A stretch of DNA of 63,960 bases, the filler included, from Psammoneis japonica (lineage: Eukaryota), in NCBI GenBank assembly GCA_008632985.1. It is 7 parts of 7 records of this genome, joined end to end, with 100 filler letters (N's around TTAATTAATTAA, not from the genome) between each part and the next. Parts side by side here need not be neighbours in the genome. Positions count along the whole stretch, not along the records: positions 62,629 to 63,960 come from QPGO01000414.1; 6 more parts are not named here. One strand, written 5' to 3'. Within the stretch, counting starts at the first letter, position 1. Each line of letters starts with the position of its first letter. The notes under the pieces are model-generated. The model made no database searches. It worked only from the letters and a program-made list of their open reading frames with translations, and was not told the DNA's origin. The translations under genes were made by a program, and so were the position numbers. This document shows positions 62,629 to 63,960 of the stretch, in pieces.

Positions 62629-63960
62629 GGAGTAGAGTCGTCCCTTGACAGCAGGGAACTTGAGCCAAGGGGCTTTCTTCCGGACTTTCCGTTCGGATGG
62701 TGTGCAGACATTGCGGACCCCTGCCTGGGTCATCACTCTGATGGTGTTCTCAGCAGCCGTCAGGCCAATGTTCCACCTTTTAGAGAGTGTCTCGGGCGTG
62801 ACAGTTGATGCACGACTCAAGGTCGACAGTGCATGCACCCGTTTCCGCTCGGCACAATCCAGGTGGACATCCAGGTCATGCCGGTCGTGTGGCCCGTCTC
62901 CCTCGGTGTCGTTGTGGGAGACATTCACCTGAGCAACCATGCGGCGATGCAATGAATTGTCGTCATCAGTGTCCACAATGACGCTCTCGTCATGACAGGA
63001 CATTTGGTGTGAATGAATGGAAGCAACACACCTGGTCACATTCATTGTCGTCAACCATCCGCCCGACTTTGCTGATCCTTGGCGCACACTGGCACATGCA
63101 CGCGCTTCCTCCTTTTGCGCCATGGCATCAGCAGAAGGCTCCCATCTCGGGGGTGATGTGAGTTCCAGCCGGGGGAGGTTCTCCAGATCCTCATTTGTTG
63201 GCTCGTGTGAATCAAAGACAGAAGCAACGCCTCTTGTTCGCAGTGGCACCCTGATCTTCAAGTCAGGGAAAGCAATGGAGTGCGCGCCAGTCGGATCAAA
63301 CTGGCAAGGGGTGTCGTGGACAATCAGCCCATTTGCTCGCAGTTGGTTGGGGCACAGAAGGGTGTTGGTCATCTTGTCCCCAAAAAACATGGCCTCGTGG
63401 ACTGGCAGCAAGCACGGTTGTCCATCAGTTGGATCAACCCACACGGCAGCAGCCGCGCAAACAGGAGTGTTTTCCATTGGCGCGTGCTCTTCGGAGTGGG
63501 GGTGCACCACGACAGTTCTGTCGATGTCAGAGCACATCACAAATTGGACCCAACAGCACACGTGTCAGCGTGCGAGTCTAAATCAGTGGTGGCTTCGTCA
63601 TCTGAATTTCCAGCAGATGACAAAGAGACACAATCACATCCTTTGAGAATCACCCAGACAAACAAACAGTGCCAGCAGGTTTAGCGACATTTGGTTCTGT
63701 GCCTTTCAGTGCTGGCGCAACTGTTCATTCCTCATTCTGAGGTTTCTCATGTGCGCTGCATCCAAACTGGGTGCCTGCATTGGCGGCAGGTTCGTCAGGC
63801 TCGTCGGAGTCTTTCGGTGCATCAGCAGGTTGAGCAGCAGGCTCGGCAACAGCCGCTTTCTTTACAGCGAGAGTTTCGGCATCGACCGACTCAGCTTCCA
63901 AGGACACAGCAGCAGCTTTGCATTTCTTTTTGGCCTTCTTGGCATCGCGGAGCTTTGGAC
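62629..63960 (-). mobile_element. Diatom-type copia gag end / protease / pre-integrase region, TA-erased but CpG-rich
   Basis: AANAGTQFG, DLDSHADTC, FFGDKMTNTLLCPNQLRANG, ELTSPPRWEP, TPETLSKRWNIGL. Confidence 0.85.

Overview
Eukaryotic genomic DNA, very probably from a diatom (inferred from diatom-type copia elements, short GT-AG introns with CTAAC-like branch points and bipartite plastid-targeting presequences). It is a concatenation of seven contigs joined by artificial N44-TTAATTAATTAA-N44 linkers, so adjacency across linkers means nothing. Two kinds of DNA alternate. (1) Ordinary gene-dense host DNA: DUF1289 protein, ClpR, sugar transporter, YkoF-like protein, NSF-like AAA ATPase, LRR-hemolysin III fusion, WW protein, ankyrin-MYND protein, exosome subunit, SBF2-domain protein, two cathepsin Z paralogues, RluA pseudouridine synthase, RING protein and C2/PRT_C protein. 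(2) Transposon DNA (three copia elements, a Helitron, TIR elements, unclassified relics) in which the dinucleotide TpA is almost erased. The main finding is a strand-symmetric TpA->TpG/CpA substitution signature (A->G on either strand) confined to transposons. Conserved Tyr codons become His or Cys (RT motif YVDD->HVDD), TA loss precedes CpG loss, TTA/TAA contexts and TE promoters/termini are relatively spared, and host genes are untouched. This looks like a genome-defence hypermutation running opposite to fungal RIP. No candidate enzyme is visible in the window. All counts are by eye.
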